A DNA stretch of 64,000 nt, from the NCBI GenBank assembly GCA_963575745.1, contig CAUYUJ010000248.1, forward strand, positions 62,001-126,000. The letters run 5' to 3'. Source of the DNA: Prorocentrum cordatum (Eukaryota). Shown in pieces: positions 24,001-33,614 of this stretch (the first letter of the stretch is position 1; the number at the start of each line of letters is the position of its first letter). Below the pieces are notes generated by a model that was not told the origin of the DNA, made no database searches, and was given only the letters and a program-made list of their open reading frames with translations. Position numbers and translations under genes: made by a program.

Positions 24001-25226
24001 GTCCCATTGAGCACCAGGAACAAGAGGTCGCACGGCAACCTACCCTTTCCGCTGCCTCTTGGCCAACTGGCAGGAGTGCACCGACATGAGCACCTCTTGG
24101 TACCGCTTGAACAAGTGCGGGTTCTCCTCCTGGTCGGGCACTGGCTCCTGCCCGTTGAGCCACTTACGTTCAGCCTCGGTGACACCTGGTGGCAACTCCT
24201 CAGCCCCCGCGATGTCTCCCATGGATTCGTCTTCTGGTTCGCCCCCGTCGTCAGCCTGACCAGGCTGCTTAGCAGCACCAGTATTAGCAGCCTCAGCCTT
24301 TGCTGCCCCTTCCTTAGCCTTGGCCTCCAGGAGGGACTCGAGCGTGGCGAAATTGAGGCCGAGGGACTGGATGTCACTGCCGACGGACTTGGCGATGCAC
24401 TCCAACTGCACTCGGATGACGTCGAGGTTCGAGGCTGGGGCCGCTGGGCCCGCCACCGCAATCTTCCCCTGGAGCTCCAGGATCGTGGTCGCCAGCTCCT
24501 CCTTGCGCTTCGTTGCCTCGTCCCTCTCCTTCTTAACCTCGAGCAGCATCTGGTTGGCCTTCCTCTCGGTCTCGGCCAAGCGCTCAAACTGCTTGTCGAT
24601 CTGCCCCAGCTGGACCTGCGCCTCTCGCAGCTGGCCAGACAACGGCTTCGCCTGCGTGCGCTCCGCCTTGGCGTCCTGGATCTGCCTGTCGATGTCGGCC
24701 ACCGCCTGGTCGAGGTGAGGCGCTTCACCCCCCCAGTCCTTGGCACACTGGACCAGGACCTTCCTGCGTTCCTCCAGCTTTTGCAAAGCCGTAGGCGCCT
24801 TGGCCTCCGCGGCCGCACGCCAAGGCCTGGCAGCCACTGGTGGGAAGGAGGTGCGGAACCACTGCCCCAGCTCAGGCGTGGAAGTGACCTTGCCCTTGCC
24901 TTTGTACCCAGGGCGGACCGCGCCACAGGCACGGCAGGACGTACGCGTACTCCAGTTCGCACCTGTACCGCATGTCCCGCACGTCCACGAGTCACTCGGG
25001 CCCGCCCCCACCCAGGACGTGCCACCGCCTTTGCCTCCGACTGTCCACACCAGAGACGGCTTCTGCTTCTTGTTGCGCCGACCGCCACCCTTGACCTCCC
25101 AGTCGTTTTCGCCGCCCGCCATCGGTGCGCCCCACGCGCCGACACGAGCCCACAAGGGCACTGGAGGTTGCTGCAGCGGCAGCTCTCGTGAATGCACGGA
25201 GGCTGAAAGCCTCCCGAGCACACCAT
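18024..25226 (-). CDS. LINE ORF2: APE endonuclease, RT, RNase H and Cys-rich zinc fingers (frame is open from the ATG after the SL; conserved part starts about 23530)
   Basis: APE: WTFNGSG, FQEH, GDFQ, PHKPV; RT: FLIPK, RAIGLLP, LDLVKAFERV, YVDD, YLG; RNase H: CDGS, RAEMWA, FTDH, HVKAH, GNEAVDALAK. Confidence 0.93.
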   Translation of the reverse strand: MVCSGGFQPPCIHESCRCSNLQCPCGLVSARGAHRWRAAKTTGRSRVAVGATRSRSRLWCGQSEAKAVARPGWGRARVTRGRAGHAVQVRTGVRVRPAVPVARSALGTKARARSLPRLSWGSGSAPPSHQWLPGLGVRPRRPRRLRLCKSWRNAGRSWSSVPRTGGVKRLTSTRRWPTSTGRSRTPRRSARRRSRCLASCERRRSSWGRSTSSLSAWPRPRGRPTRCCSRLRRRGTRQRSARRSWRPRSWSSRGRLRWRAQRPQPRTSTSSECSWSASPSPSAVTSSPSASISPRSSPSWRPRLRKGQQRLRLLILVLLSSLVRLTTGANQKTNPWETSRGLRSCHQVSPRLNVSGSTGRSQCPTRRRTRTCSSGTKRCSCRCTPASWPRGSGKGRLPCDLLFLVLNGTHLGYPESPWRGAVQVQLRQSGKTLPWDDSRWNPEGWEAEFGESESEGHRRDEVQMDDERGGRGAAGASQRAGSVAKSTPAGPVRGPRPAALARSEHGVLRAGSVARSTPAGPLRGLEPAATARSQGADSGQWRGYARVLHDHRMMRLLVDKANDDKQVVMVWTFNGSGWGTIREKLLEKKVGPQKHLYAFQEHRLKEDQWAGVTHSLRQRGYQVGGAEAVPTLGPMGEPGTSAGVGIAVPNRIGMACVCGQTSWDWSPRGSPGRAAAAWVAVGRGGIVVATVYLWTAEQMSRRNRGLMDHVLGKLHELNMPWVLCGDFQNAPAVLAGLDSIKLIGATLVAPSAASGTCRSASGCSTIYYFVVSRELAGQVRKVAIHESWPSAPHKPVGITLDLRPQERKERILITPKKLEGISIGCAPEPPVYDEVGVFSDVTVATSTWASFIGKLEREAFALRGLEWHPRHECAGRADPPRWKERAILRGGGNHPAPQGDALWWRWLARTLQTLAGNYERLRSSSGSARARQEWCMIASDLEERFRSVSHEFRCELVGEEKERWKERCTLLAKGRWRGADQKASLDAMILEAKERSRREDQALINERRRQWAAKLEEAAKGAAGGLHRISKPVDIWRPRRASTPQASADPLRAAEAALGEWNAVWKVNDPMQEQERRWETEPRQELPEFTEDDLAKLKKVARTFKKKTAQGVDRWHPAMLQGASDAAHWTLLQILREVERTLVWPLHAATVIFFLIPKSVAVDRAIGLLPTLVRVWEIMREPYMIEWAKANQRSWDCTAFGKAAEDAAWEVLLANEGDEVQDSDPRTLATVTAILDLVKAFERVSLHVLWERGKAMGFNTGVLAVVCSYFAMARRVNTGEAISEETRTVATIIAGSKFSVGFLKMVIQDTIDGLVVEYPLVQWRMYVDDLCLKQRGAQQWIVDSFPSVVDDSVDGFAALGLEFSLGDQGKGAVMASTKWLRQALKQDAAERGLPLVLACPYLGVDVVAHGTAAKNKSGKRFKRMRNRVARLKGLKGSGKGVTRGIGLVYKCGLKRSVMYGCKCLGMPDHQLQQVRRAAGQLLPGSRGAKSLTLQLAVLKEDPTEEATLAPVVRWARAVWEQAVAGDLRVLVAGGQGQVQPCRQQAFWLEAGARLRDALGVWTALWIKDLRGEKHQRQEDWSQWSVPLVAEYLQEAAQAGLRSELRREAVSKVTGGSLPQEEAQEAECLAAEVCRRAWRRACWRRRAAFRYLDALDEDCRAQVISQYRQEQVALQKVVRRLLVSRRAQCPWEGREGGMQEEEGYLGVSTIESLVELLLVAGSQMDIAEDKISRRSSVGSEAVLLSEQMSNAWRQQQKEVGMSPQWAKVKGPAGAVIMSLRRARWTWPSWTVYCTKDGEMVDLTAVCPTDVGALLRADLRRVLWEQWTAQQPGMGSLAPGPRLPPVVAQLAARAFPAHAKRAARKVVLAGAWTMSRLAEVSITPTDICIGCGLAVGTPHHRFFRCPALLEVRRRAQAEWQHVAEQQEDSLLWTRGLARDPSADWAHRSVDEADFHCDVLQGTDALLSGDIVCDGSKLGTSCWAQAGWAAMAIDAGGAPTVQLWGPLPCRFKEQKTVKRAEMWAFLKTLEMVLPPCRIFTDHQGILDGIRRGPRWCLSWGRPHADVWRRIWHKIADLGLEPEWVMHVKAHRSRAAISRLEGLAQQVARGNEAVDALAKRGAAEDFGYGRELALESLDEKVKWAIQNIGWWYQEMKEGWPDVPPRTGPSRRRKQQRPYVSLTRHEVEVCGAWLVCTRCGKRAASARMRKKLWASACAPPPWQAVSHQSSEEWGSLEARVGAACARRQRAARQEASTAAGRGAGGALGAAAACAGVAVAAAAAGGDDGEDGSAAGRSPRRSRSPRRCREAVDVPVLEGPPSAEEDVRRAHVVEVVGPYVVCRVCGAHSAVRRASLGRACPGPLPRRGADGGADSRRKRRDRILRGCHPQTGRPLPAEMVPTRRGG
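24040..25122 (-). CDS. LINE ORF1: RanBP2-type zinc finger + coiled coil
   Basis: WTCGTCGTGANWSTRTSCRACG followed by long E/K/Q/A helical heptads. Confidence 0.85.
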   Translation of the reverse strand: MAGGENDWEVKGGGRRNKKQKPSLVWTVGGKGGGTSWVGAGPSDSWTCGTCGTGANWSTRTSCRACGAVRPGYKGKGKVTSTPELGQWFRTSFPPVAARPWRAAAEAKAPTALQKLEERRKVLVQCAKDWGGEAPHLDQAVADIDRQIQDAKAERTQAKPLSGQLREAQVQLGQIDKQFERLAETERKANQMLLEVKKERDEATKRKEELATTILELQGKIAVAGPAAPASNLDVIRVQLECIAKSVGSDIQSLGLNFATLESLLEAKAKEGAAKAEAANTGAAKQPGQADDGGEPEDESMGDIAGAEELPPGVTEAERKWLNGQEPVPDQEENPHLFKRYQEVLMSVHSCQLAKRQRKG

Positions 25227-25248
25227 CTTGAGCCAAAATGGCTACGGA
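25227..25248 (-). other. Dinoflagellate spliced-leader sequence (retroposed)
   Basis: Minus strand TCCGTAGCCATTTTGGCTCAAG matches the DinoSL consensus DCCGTAGCCATTTTGGCTCAAG and is followed directly by ATG. Confidence 0.97.
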
Positions 25249-25496
25249 AGAGGGTGGGGTTAATTAGCCCTGCCCCCCCAAGAGGCCAAAATGGGGCCAA
25301 AACCCTAGTAAAACCGATGATTGTGGCTTCCTCGCCGAGGCCGTTTTGGACGCTCTAACTTCCAGCGGCCCCCCCCGTCCAAGTCCAGGGGAGGGGGTCA
25401 GGGGGAGGGGTGCACCCCTCCCCGAAGGGGAAGAAGGAGGGGTGGAAGAGGAAATTCCCTAAACCACCTACGCCCAGAGGGCTGGTGGGATTCATA

Positions 25497-28483
25497 CAGG
25501 TATGCAACTGCACATGTATGTATGTATATATATATATGTGTGTGTGTGTGTGTGAAAATGTATGTGATTGCATTGTCTGTCTGTATGCATGTATGTATGT
25601 GTTTTTGGATGACTGCATGGATACATGGATGGACGTATGGATGTGTGTGTATGTATGCCTGCATTTATGTTCATCAGTATGTGTATATATAGACGTGTGT
25701 GTATGCGTGCATGCATACATGTAGGTATGTGTGTGGATGTATGCATGTATGCCTGCATGTATGTATGCATGTATGGATGTATGTATGTATGCATGCTGGT
25801 ATGAATGTGCGTATGTATGATCGCGGGCAATGACGACGACGACGACGACCACGACGACGACGACGACGAGGACACCGACAACGACGACGACGACAACGAC
25901 GACGACGACGACAACGACGACGACGTCGACGGCACCACCAGCGGCGGCGGCGACGACGTCGAGCACCGGAGCTGTCAACATGACGCCAATCCCAGCCACA
26001 CGCCGCACCCACATCGCACCTACAGGGGGGAAGGGAGGGGGGGAGGAGGACCATGGCGTCACCCCGCAAACACCCACAGCAACACACCACACCCACACCA
26101 CATCCACAGGGGGGGGGGGGGAGCCACCAGCCACGCCCACGCCCACAGTGGGCGGGGGGGGCATCGCGCGGGGGTGGGGACCCGATGGCATTAGCATTGG
26201 GGGGGAGGGGGGGGGGCCCAAACCCTCGACCATGTATGGTGGTATGCGAGTTGTTTGCTTGTACGCATGCATGAAAGCATGTGTGTATGTGTGTATGTAG
26301 GCATGTTTATGTATGCATGCGTGTGTGTGCATAGATGTGCTTATGGATGCATGCATGTGTGTATGTATGCATTCATGCGTGTATGTGTGCATGCGTGTAT
26401 GCATGTGTGCATGCATGTATGCACTTATGTATGTATACATGTATGTATGCATGTCTGTATGTATCCATGTATGTATGTTTCAATGCACGCGTGTACGTGT
26501 ATAAATATTGGCATGGATGTATGTATGCATGCATGTTTGCATGTACGTACATCTGTATGTATGTATGCATACATGTATGCACGTATGTGTGTATGTATGT
26601 TTGTATGTGTATATGTGTGCATGTGTTGATGTATATATGTATGCATGTGTGTATGTGTGTATGCATGTATGTAGGCTAGCCAATCACAGCTTGCTTCTGA
26701 AGGGGTCCTAGTGGATTTTTATGGTTAGGTGGGGTGTGTCACCGATTTCCGGGGCCCGCCCGTGGGCCCAGGTGCCCAGGTCCTCGGGTGCCTTATAGCC
26801 CTATACCCCTATAGCCCTACAGCCCTATGGTCCTGTAGCCCTATAGCCCCATAGCCCTATAGACTCATAGCCCTATGGCCCTATAGCCCTATAGTCCCAT
26901 AGCCCCAGAGCCCCATAGTCCTATATCCCTATAGCCCTAAAGCCCTATAGCCCTATGGCCCTATAGCCCTACAGCCCCATAGCCCTATAGACCTATGGCC
27001 CTATAGCTCTTTATATGTATGTATACCCATATAGCACTATAGCCTTATAGCCCTAAAGCCCTAGAGCCCTATAGCTCTATTGCCCTATAGCCCTATAGCT
27101 CTACAGCCCTATAGCCCTACAGCCCGATAGCCCAATAGCCCTATAGCACTATGGCCCTATAGCCCTATAGCCGTACGAAGACTTTGATTGGGCTTTGCTA
27201 CGGTATTATATATATATGTGTGTGTATGCATGCATGCACCCACGCATGTATGTTCCCCAATCAGAGCTTGCCTCTGTAGGGGTCCTAGCGGATTCATATG
27301 GTTATGTTAGGTTTGTCGCCGATTTTCGCTGCACGCCCAGGTGCCCGGGTGTCCGAGGGTTGCCCAGGGCCCGGGTTCCCGGGGTGTGCCCGGGGGTGCC
27401 CGGGTGCCTGGGTGCCCGGGTGCCCCGGGGTGCCCCGGGGTGCCCTATAGCCCTATAGCCCAATAGCCCTATAGCCCTGCAGCTCTATAGCCCTATAGCT
27501 CTATAGCCCTGTAGCTCAATAGCCCTATAGCCCTAAAGCCCCCTAGCCCTATAGCCCTGATTGCTTTTTTCTCCAGTATCAGATGTGTATGTATATATGT
27601 ACATATGCACGTATGTATGTGTCGATGCATGCATGCAATCAAGTGTGGATGTGTGGATGTGTGTATGTATGTGTGTATGTATGCATGTACGTACGTATGG
27701 ACGTATGTACGTATGCATGTGCCTATGCTTGTGTGCATGTATGTATGTAGGTATGTGTATGTACGGATGCATGTATGCTTGTATGCCTGTATGCATGTAT
27801 GAATGTGTGTGTGTGTCTGTGTGTCTGTATGTATGTAAGAATGTGTATGGATGTATGTACGTACGTATGTGTGTGATGCATTTGCGCATGCGTAGTCGTG
27901 CATATATGTATGTATGAGTATGTATGTTTGTATGCATGCATGTATGCATTTATGTATGTGTGCATGTATGTATGTATGTGTGTATGCATGCATGCATGCA
28001 TGCATGCATGCATGCATGCACGTATGCATGTATGCATGTTTGTATGTATGCATGCATGCATGCATGTATGCATGTATGTATGTATGTATGTATGTACGCA
28101 TGCGTGCATATGCATGTATGTATGTATGTATGTATGTGTGTATGCGTGTATGCATGTGTGTATGTGTGTATGTGTGCATGCACGTATGCATGTATGCACG
28201 TATGCCTGTAATTATATGCGTATGTATGCATGTATGTTTGCATGCATGTATGTATGTATGCATGTATGTGTATGTGTGTATGTATGCATGTATATATGTA
28301 TATGTGTATGTATGTACGTATTGGTCCATGCATGCATGTATGAATGCATGCATGCATGTCTCTGTGTATGCATGCATGCTTGTATGTATGTATGCATGCA
28401 TGCATGCATGCATGTATGTATGTGTGTATGTGTGTGTGTATGTGTGTATGTGTGTGTATGCTTGCATGGTATGTTTGTATGTA

Positions 28484-28520
<37 letters not shown>

Positions 28521-28590
28521 GCATGCATGCATACATGTATGTACTTATGTGTATGTGTATATGTATGTTTATGTGTGCGTGTATGTAGCT
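25497..28590. repeat. Degenerate (ATGT/ATGC/GT)n microsatellite field with (GAC)n and a 9-bp ccctatagc minisatellite
   Basis: Directly visible; 9-mer arrays at about 26790-27170 and 27440-27560, each preceded by a similar ccaatca(c/g)agcttg...ggggtcctag module (26680, 27257). Confidence 0.9.
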
Positions 28591-29336
28591 CTCTCTCTCT
28601 CTCTCTCCCCCTCGTTCTCTCCTTACTTCCCATCCCCAGTGGAGCTGGGTGTGATTCCGTGCCCGGCGGTGCCTGACTCACTGACTGATTGACTGCCGTC
28701 GACGGACAGTTCGGGGAACCTCCAAGCCGCCTGCAGGCGCCAGCCAACTGCGGCCAGGCAGCGCATGCCGGGCCACCCGCGGGCGACCGCGACCGCAGCC
28801 GTCGCCTCAACGGGGCAGCACGCTCTGGGCCGCCGCCCGCGGTCGCGCGCGACCGCACCCACAGCTGGAGGTGGGCATCACACTTTTCACCGCCCGCGGG
28901 CGCCCGCACCAGGCGACGGCGTCCCGTTGGGCGTTTCTTCTGGGGGGGGGAGCGCTTCGACGGCTATGGGGGCCTGCCCTTGAAGTTATGACCAGGGCGC
29001 AGCCCACTGACCACTGACCCCCAAGGCCAGGCGGGCCCCACGGGACCTCCCGCGCGTCCGTGCGACCATGCCTCCTCCCGTTGGCCCGCCGCCGAAGGCA
29101 CCCAGGCTGTGGGCCCACGGTGGCCCTGGCCAGTGTACTCGCTTGCGGCCCCCGCGCGACCAGGAGGTAGCGCGAAATGAGAGGCGAGGCTGGAGGACAG
29201 GGGCGATCGGCCTCGTCGGGCCCACGCCAGGAGGAGGACAGCGCTCATACCGATGAGTGGTGGTCTTTGGAGCGTGCAGCACTAGTTACGCGTGCGGGCT
29301 CGACCGCTCCAACCCCTTTACCAGCGGGCCTGGAAA

Positions 29337-29745
29337 AGGAGGAGGAGGACGAGGAGGAGGAGGAGGAGGAGGAGGAGGAGGAGGAGGAGGAGGGCTAGGC
29401 TTTGGAGGGCGAGGGAGAGGGGGAGGGGGATGAAATAAGGAGGAAGAGGAGGAGGAGGAGAAGGAGGAGAAAAAAAAGGAACAGGAGGAGGGGGAGAAAT
29501 GAGGAGGGGGGGAGGGGGAGGGGGAGGGCTAGGTGTTGGAGGGCGAGGGGGACGGGGAGGGGGAGGGGGAGGAAATGAAAAGGAGGGGAAGGAGGAGGAG
29601 GAGGAGGACGACGATGAGGAGGAGGAGGAGGAAGAGGAGGAGGAGGGCTAAGGGTTGGAGGGCGAGGTGGAGGGGGAGGAAATGAGGAGGAGGAGGAGGA
29701 GGAGGAGGAGAAGGAGGAGGAGGAGGAAAAAAAGAAGGAGGAAGA
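29337..29745. repeat. (GGA)n / purine-rich tract
   Basis: Direct. Confidence 0.9.
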
Positions 29746-30104
29746 AAGCCAGTGCAAAACCAAGACACATCAACGATGCTGCAATAAGTAATTCTTCCAA
29801 GTTCCCTTTTTCATAGGCCACTGCCAGAAACTATTCTAATTTTGGGCAGTGCCCAATTGGAAGACAACCGTCTGACAATCCTCAATCGCGTCAGAACACC
29901 ATTCCAGGGATTTCCACGCCGCGAATCAACGTGACTGTTGCGTGCTGATATTCCTAAACCGTGCCATAGCACCAGTCGTCGGGCTTCAACACCACGAATC
30001 AACGTTGTTGTTGCGTCCTGACAACCCTCAGTCGCCTCAGAACACCATTCTGGGAACTTCGGCCATACAATTCCTTGACACTGTTCCAAATTGTTAAGAC
30101 GAAT

Positions 30105-30345
30105 GTGCGCGGCGCTATGGCGAGAGCAACATTTTGAAAAGGAACCGCCCTCCACCCTTGAAACTGCTGCAAGATTTGAAGACGATTGCACGCGGCGCTA
30201 AGGCGAGAGCCACATTGTGAAGACGGGCCGACCTCCATCCTTGAAGTTGTTGCACACTTGAATGACGGATGTGAGCGGCGCTAAGACGAGAACCACATTC
30301 TGAAAACGGCCCGCCCTCGCTCCGTGAAGCTGTTGCAATTGTCAA
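30105..30345. repeat. About 3 degenerate ~83-bp tandem units
   Basis: cggcgcta(t/a)g..gagagc..cacatt..tgaa....ccg..ctcc...ttgaa..tg.tgca recurs. Confidence 0.6.
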
Positions 30346-31044
30346 GCGTCAGAATGATATACGGCAGAGACGTCTCCGGCGAACCGCCCAGCCCGCCCTA
30401 CTGAAACGTCTCGGGGTGCGACAGGGAGGAATTACTCATAAGGAGGAGGGATGGATGAAAAGGGATAGGGAGGAGGAGGAGGAGGAAGAGGAGGAGGAGG
30501 AGGAGGAGGAGGAGGACAAGGAGGAGGAGGAGGAGGAGGAGGAGGAGGAAGAGGAGGAGGGGGAGGAGGGGAAGGAGGGGCAGGATAAAGAGGAGGAGGA
30601 GGAGGAGAAGGAGGAGGAGGAGGAAACGGCGGAGGCAGAGGGCCCCCAGGGCGCGCGTGGCCAGCTGGAAGGGGGGGAGGTCCCCTCGGGATTCCAGGTC
30701 CTCCCGTTCACCTCGCACCTGGGGTATTCTCGGCTCTCCGCTCGGCACCCCCCACTCCCAGGGCACAGGCCGCACGCAGGGACGCTTGGAGGGGGACTTC
30801 TCTGCCCTGCCGGGCGGACGGAAGCGGCTACAGTGGGGTCGCGCGTCAAGAAGCCATTTGCTTTTCGTCAGCGTATCTTCGCTCCGCGCGCTGTGCTGTG
30901 ACTTCTCGCAGCCGTTGAAGAAGCTGCTGCGTTCAGGGTGCTCCGGGTTTCCCCTCAGGTGCACCTCTCGCGCGGGATTTCAAGGTTGGGTTTCTTGCGA
31001 GGGTTTTTTGCGGCCGCGCCCGCACTGTAGGGACAGGGGGGATA

Positions 31045-31210
31045 CTCGGCCAGGCGAAGCTCGGCCAGGCTGAACTCGGCCTGGGCCGAATTCCGCCTGA
31101 GCGAGGTCAGCCTGACTGAGGTCAGCTTGGCCGAGTTCAGGCTGAGGTCAGCCTGGTCGAGTTCAGCCTGGCCGAGCTCAGCCTGGCCGAGGTCAGCCTG
31201 GCCGAGTTTA
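31045..31210. repeat. 15-bp minisatellite (ggccgagttcagcct-like)
   Basis: Direct. Confidence 0.8.
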
Positions 31211-31911
31211 GTTGCTGCCGCTGGTCACCCCCAGGGGCGCCAGGGCCAGGATGACCGCGCTGCGCGGTCCGGGCCGGTGCGGCTGCCCTCCTCCAGGAGG
31301 GACGGCGCGGGGGCGCGAGGGCCCGAAGACAGCTCTGGGTCGCGCATCGCGAGGCGCGACGCGCGAAGTTGGGCGGCCTCAGAAGCGGGTGCAGAGTGCG
31401 GCTTTCCACCGACGGGGGCGCCCGTCCCACGGCAGCTGGAGGCCTTGCGCTACGCCGTCTCGCCGTGGGGCTGTGAGATTTCCCGCCGAGAGCGCCCCAG
31501 GGCGGCCAGGGACTCTGCCCTCGGATGTGTCACCGCGGGGACCCCTCGCCGCCTGTCTCCCTTCGCTCGCACACTTCTGCCTCGGCCGTGCGCAGCGCAC
31601 GGGCTTGCCGAGGACAGAGGCCAACCGCGTGACCATGGGGCCAGGCTCCCAGCCGCCCTGGGACTGGTGCCCGCGTCGCGGCACCCCACCCCACCCGCGT
31701 CGCGGCGGGACGGGGTGCGCAGGCCCCAATCGCGGCGGATGGGTGATTGGGGGTCGGTGCTCCCCCCTCACCTGCCAGTTCCCCACGGTCGTCCTGTCTG
31801 AGAGGGAGACCAGGCCTTCTTGTGCGCCAGGTTGGCGGGCACGCTCGCAGCCATCCCTCCCTCGACTGCCACGCCTGCCGCCGCCCTGGCCTTGGCCCCC
31901 ATCGGGCGGCG

Positions 31912-32552
31912 ATGCCTGTCTCGCAGGCGGACGCCCTCCGCATCCACGCCGCGATCCACGGCGGCAAGGACTCCGTGAGGCTCGCCTCTGGCGACACGCT
32001 GCCCGTGACGAAGGCGTCCTCGAGATGCAGGTGCGTCCAGGCGGAGGGCATCGATGCGCGTGAGCAAAACACAGGCAAGCCGTCGAAGTGGGCGGACATG
32101 GCCAAGGCGGGCTCCAAGATCACCTGGTTCCTGGGCGGCTCGCCGCAGCAGTGGGGCCGCATCGTGGACGGTGCCGTGGACCAGCTCGGCAAGCAGATCT
32201 TGGGGGGTGGAGCAGAGGCCAAGGCGAAGGCCGCGGCCAAGGCGGCCGCGGCGCCGCCTGCGAAAGCGAAGGCCGATGCGCTTTCCGAGCCGCCGCCGCA
32301 GGGTGCCGCCAAGGCGAAGCTGGCCGCCAAGGCGACCTTGAAAGCTTCGAAGGAGCCCGTGGCCCCTAAGGCCAAGCGGGCTGCCAACGCGCCCCAGCCC
32401 GCTGACGGGCAGCCTCCGGCCAAGAGGGCAAAGTGTGCGCTGGCCGCCCCCGCCGCCTCGCCGCCGCCCGGGACCGCCGCCGTTGCTTCGGCAGAGGACC
32501 CGCTGGGGCTCGCTGCCCTGTTCTGCGGGAAAGGTTACGGCGCTGTGTGGAG
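31912..32552 (+). CDS. Exon 1 of a UDG-like/ADP-ribosyltransferase fusion gene: small N-terminal domain + Ala/Lys/Pro linker
   Basis: MPVSQADALR...EQNTGKPSKWADMAKAGSKITWF..WGRIVDG; ends EDPLGLAALFCGKGYGAVW; phase-2 donors available after 32546 (GT) or 32552 (AG|GC). Confidence 0.65.
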
Positions 32553-32747
32553 GCCCTGGCTCGGCTACGGTCGGACCAGAGTAAAAGATCGAGGTCGGCT
32601 CGGGGAGGGTACCCTAGTGTTCTTCGTTTTTGTTGCGCGTTGTTGTGCATCCTGGGGGATGGTACTTACTTTCAAAAGTCTTTCCGTTTGGCAGGCGGAT
32701 GGTCTCATGTTCTTGAAGGATGTTAGTAAATCCTTGGTCTGGCTGTA

Positions 32748-32920
32748 CGCGTAAGAGTGACCCTGCGCAGAGTGACCTTTGGTGCGGGGCCACTGGGGTA
32801 TGTACCCCGATCGTCGAGCGCAATGCGATGGCAGCGGCTTGCACGCCTGGATTTAGCCCCCCCGCGTCTGCCCGAAACTGCGCACCAAAGGTCAATCCTG
32901 CCCAGAGTCACTCTTACGTG
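32748..32920. mobile_element. MITE within the intron
   Basis: About 39-bp imperfect TIRs (c(g/a)cgtaagagtgac...tgacctttggtgcg) flanked by TA at 32746-47 and 32921-22. Confidence 0.8.
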
Positions 32921-33614
32921 TAGGCGACTTGCGTGCGGGAATCGCACGCGGATCGGCTACATAGGCTGAAGGTCGCCCGCAGTGGTCCTTGGGCGCGGGG
33001 GTGGTCTCGCTTCGCGCGCCGCGGCTTGCGCCACAGAGCTGCCCTTCTCCAGCAGGGGCGGCGCGAGGGCGCGAAGATGTCCGCGCGTCGAGCATTGCTG
33101 GACGCGGCGCGCGAAGTTAGGTGACCTAGAGATCGCAGTGTGCGGGAATCGAGCGCGGCGGTCGCGCGGCCGACGTGCCACCGATGCGGTCGGCAGTTGT
33201 CTTGATCGGCGCCACGGTCGGGAACTTCGGGGCACCGCGTCGCTCCGCCAGTTCTGGCCCACCACGCCTCGGCGCGACACGCTATCGGCATCCCGTTCCC
33301 TGGGCGTCGACGCCCCGGGCTTCTTGGAAGCCAGTCGCGCCGCGGAGCGGAGCAAGACGCTGTCCGCTCGCAGGGCACAGCGTGTCGCTGGGGCCGCCGC
33401 CGCGGCGCGCTGCCAAGCAAGAGTTCCAGACCGTGGGCGACCTGGACATCGCAGTGTGCGGGAATCGCGCGCGGATCGGTCGCGCGGTCGACGTGCCATC
33501 GATGCGGTCGGCAGTGTCCCCGATCGGCGCTATTGCTGCCTGCGACAGATCAGGGGCACCGATCCGATCGTTTGATCAGGGGCACTGGTCGGAGATGGTC
33601 ACCTGGGCACTCAG

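Larger units (their letters stand above)
17929..25246 (-). mobile_element. Full-length non-LTR retrotransposon (LINE) with APE, RT and RNase H
   Basis: 19-bp TSD gaagagggtggggttaatt at 17910-17928 and 25247-25265; poly(T) on + at about 17927-17939; two ORFs. Confidence 0.95.
17331..25495 (-). mobile_element. Second composite non-autonomous element (10-bp ggggcctctt minisatellite) that hosts the LINE
   Basis: Inverted 11-mer cccaccagccc (17335-17345) / gggctggtggg (25479-25489); minisatellite 17535-17895. Confidence 0.4.

Noticed and set aside
25355..28909. His/Thr/Met/Cys-rich ORFs
   Set aside because: Translations of microsatellite
33175..33614. N-terminal 147 aa of the 649-aa ORF
   Set aside because: Made of intronic repeat sequence; protein-like sequence begins at the AG acceptor at 33614
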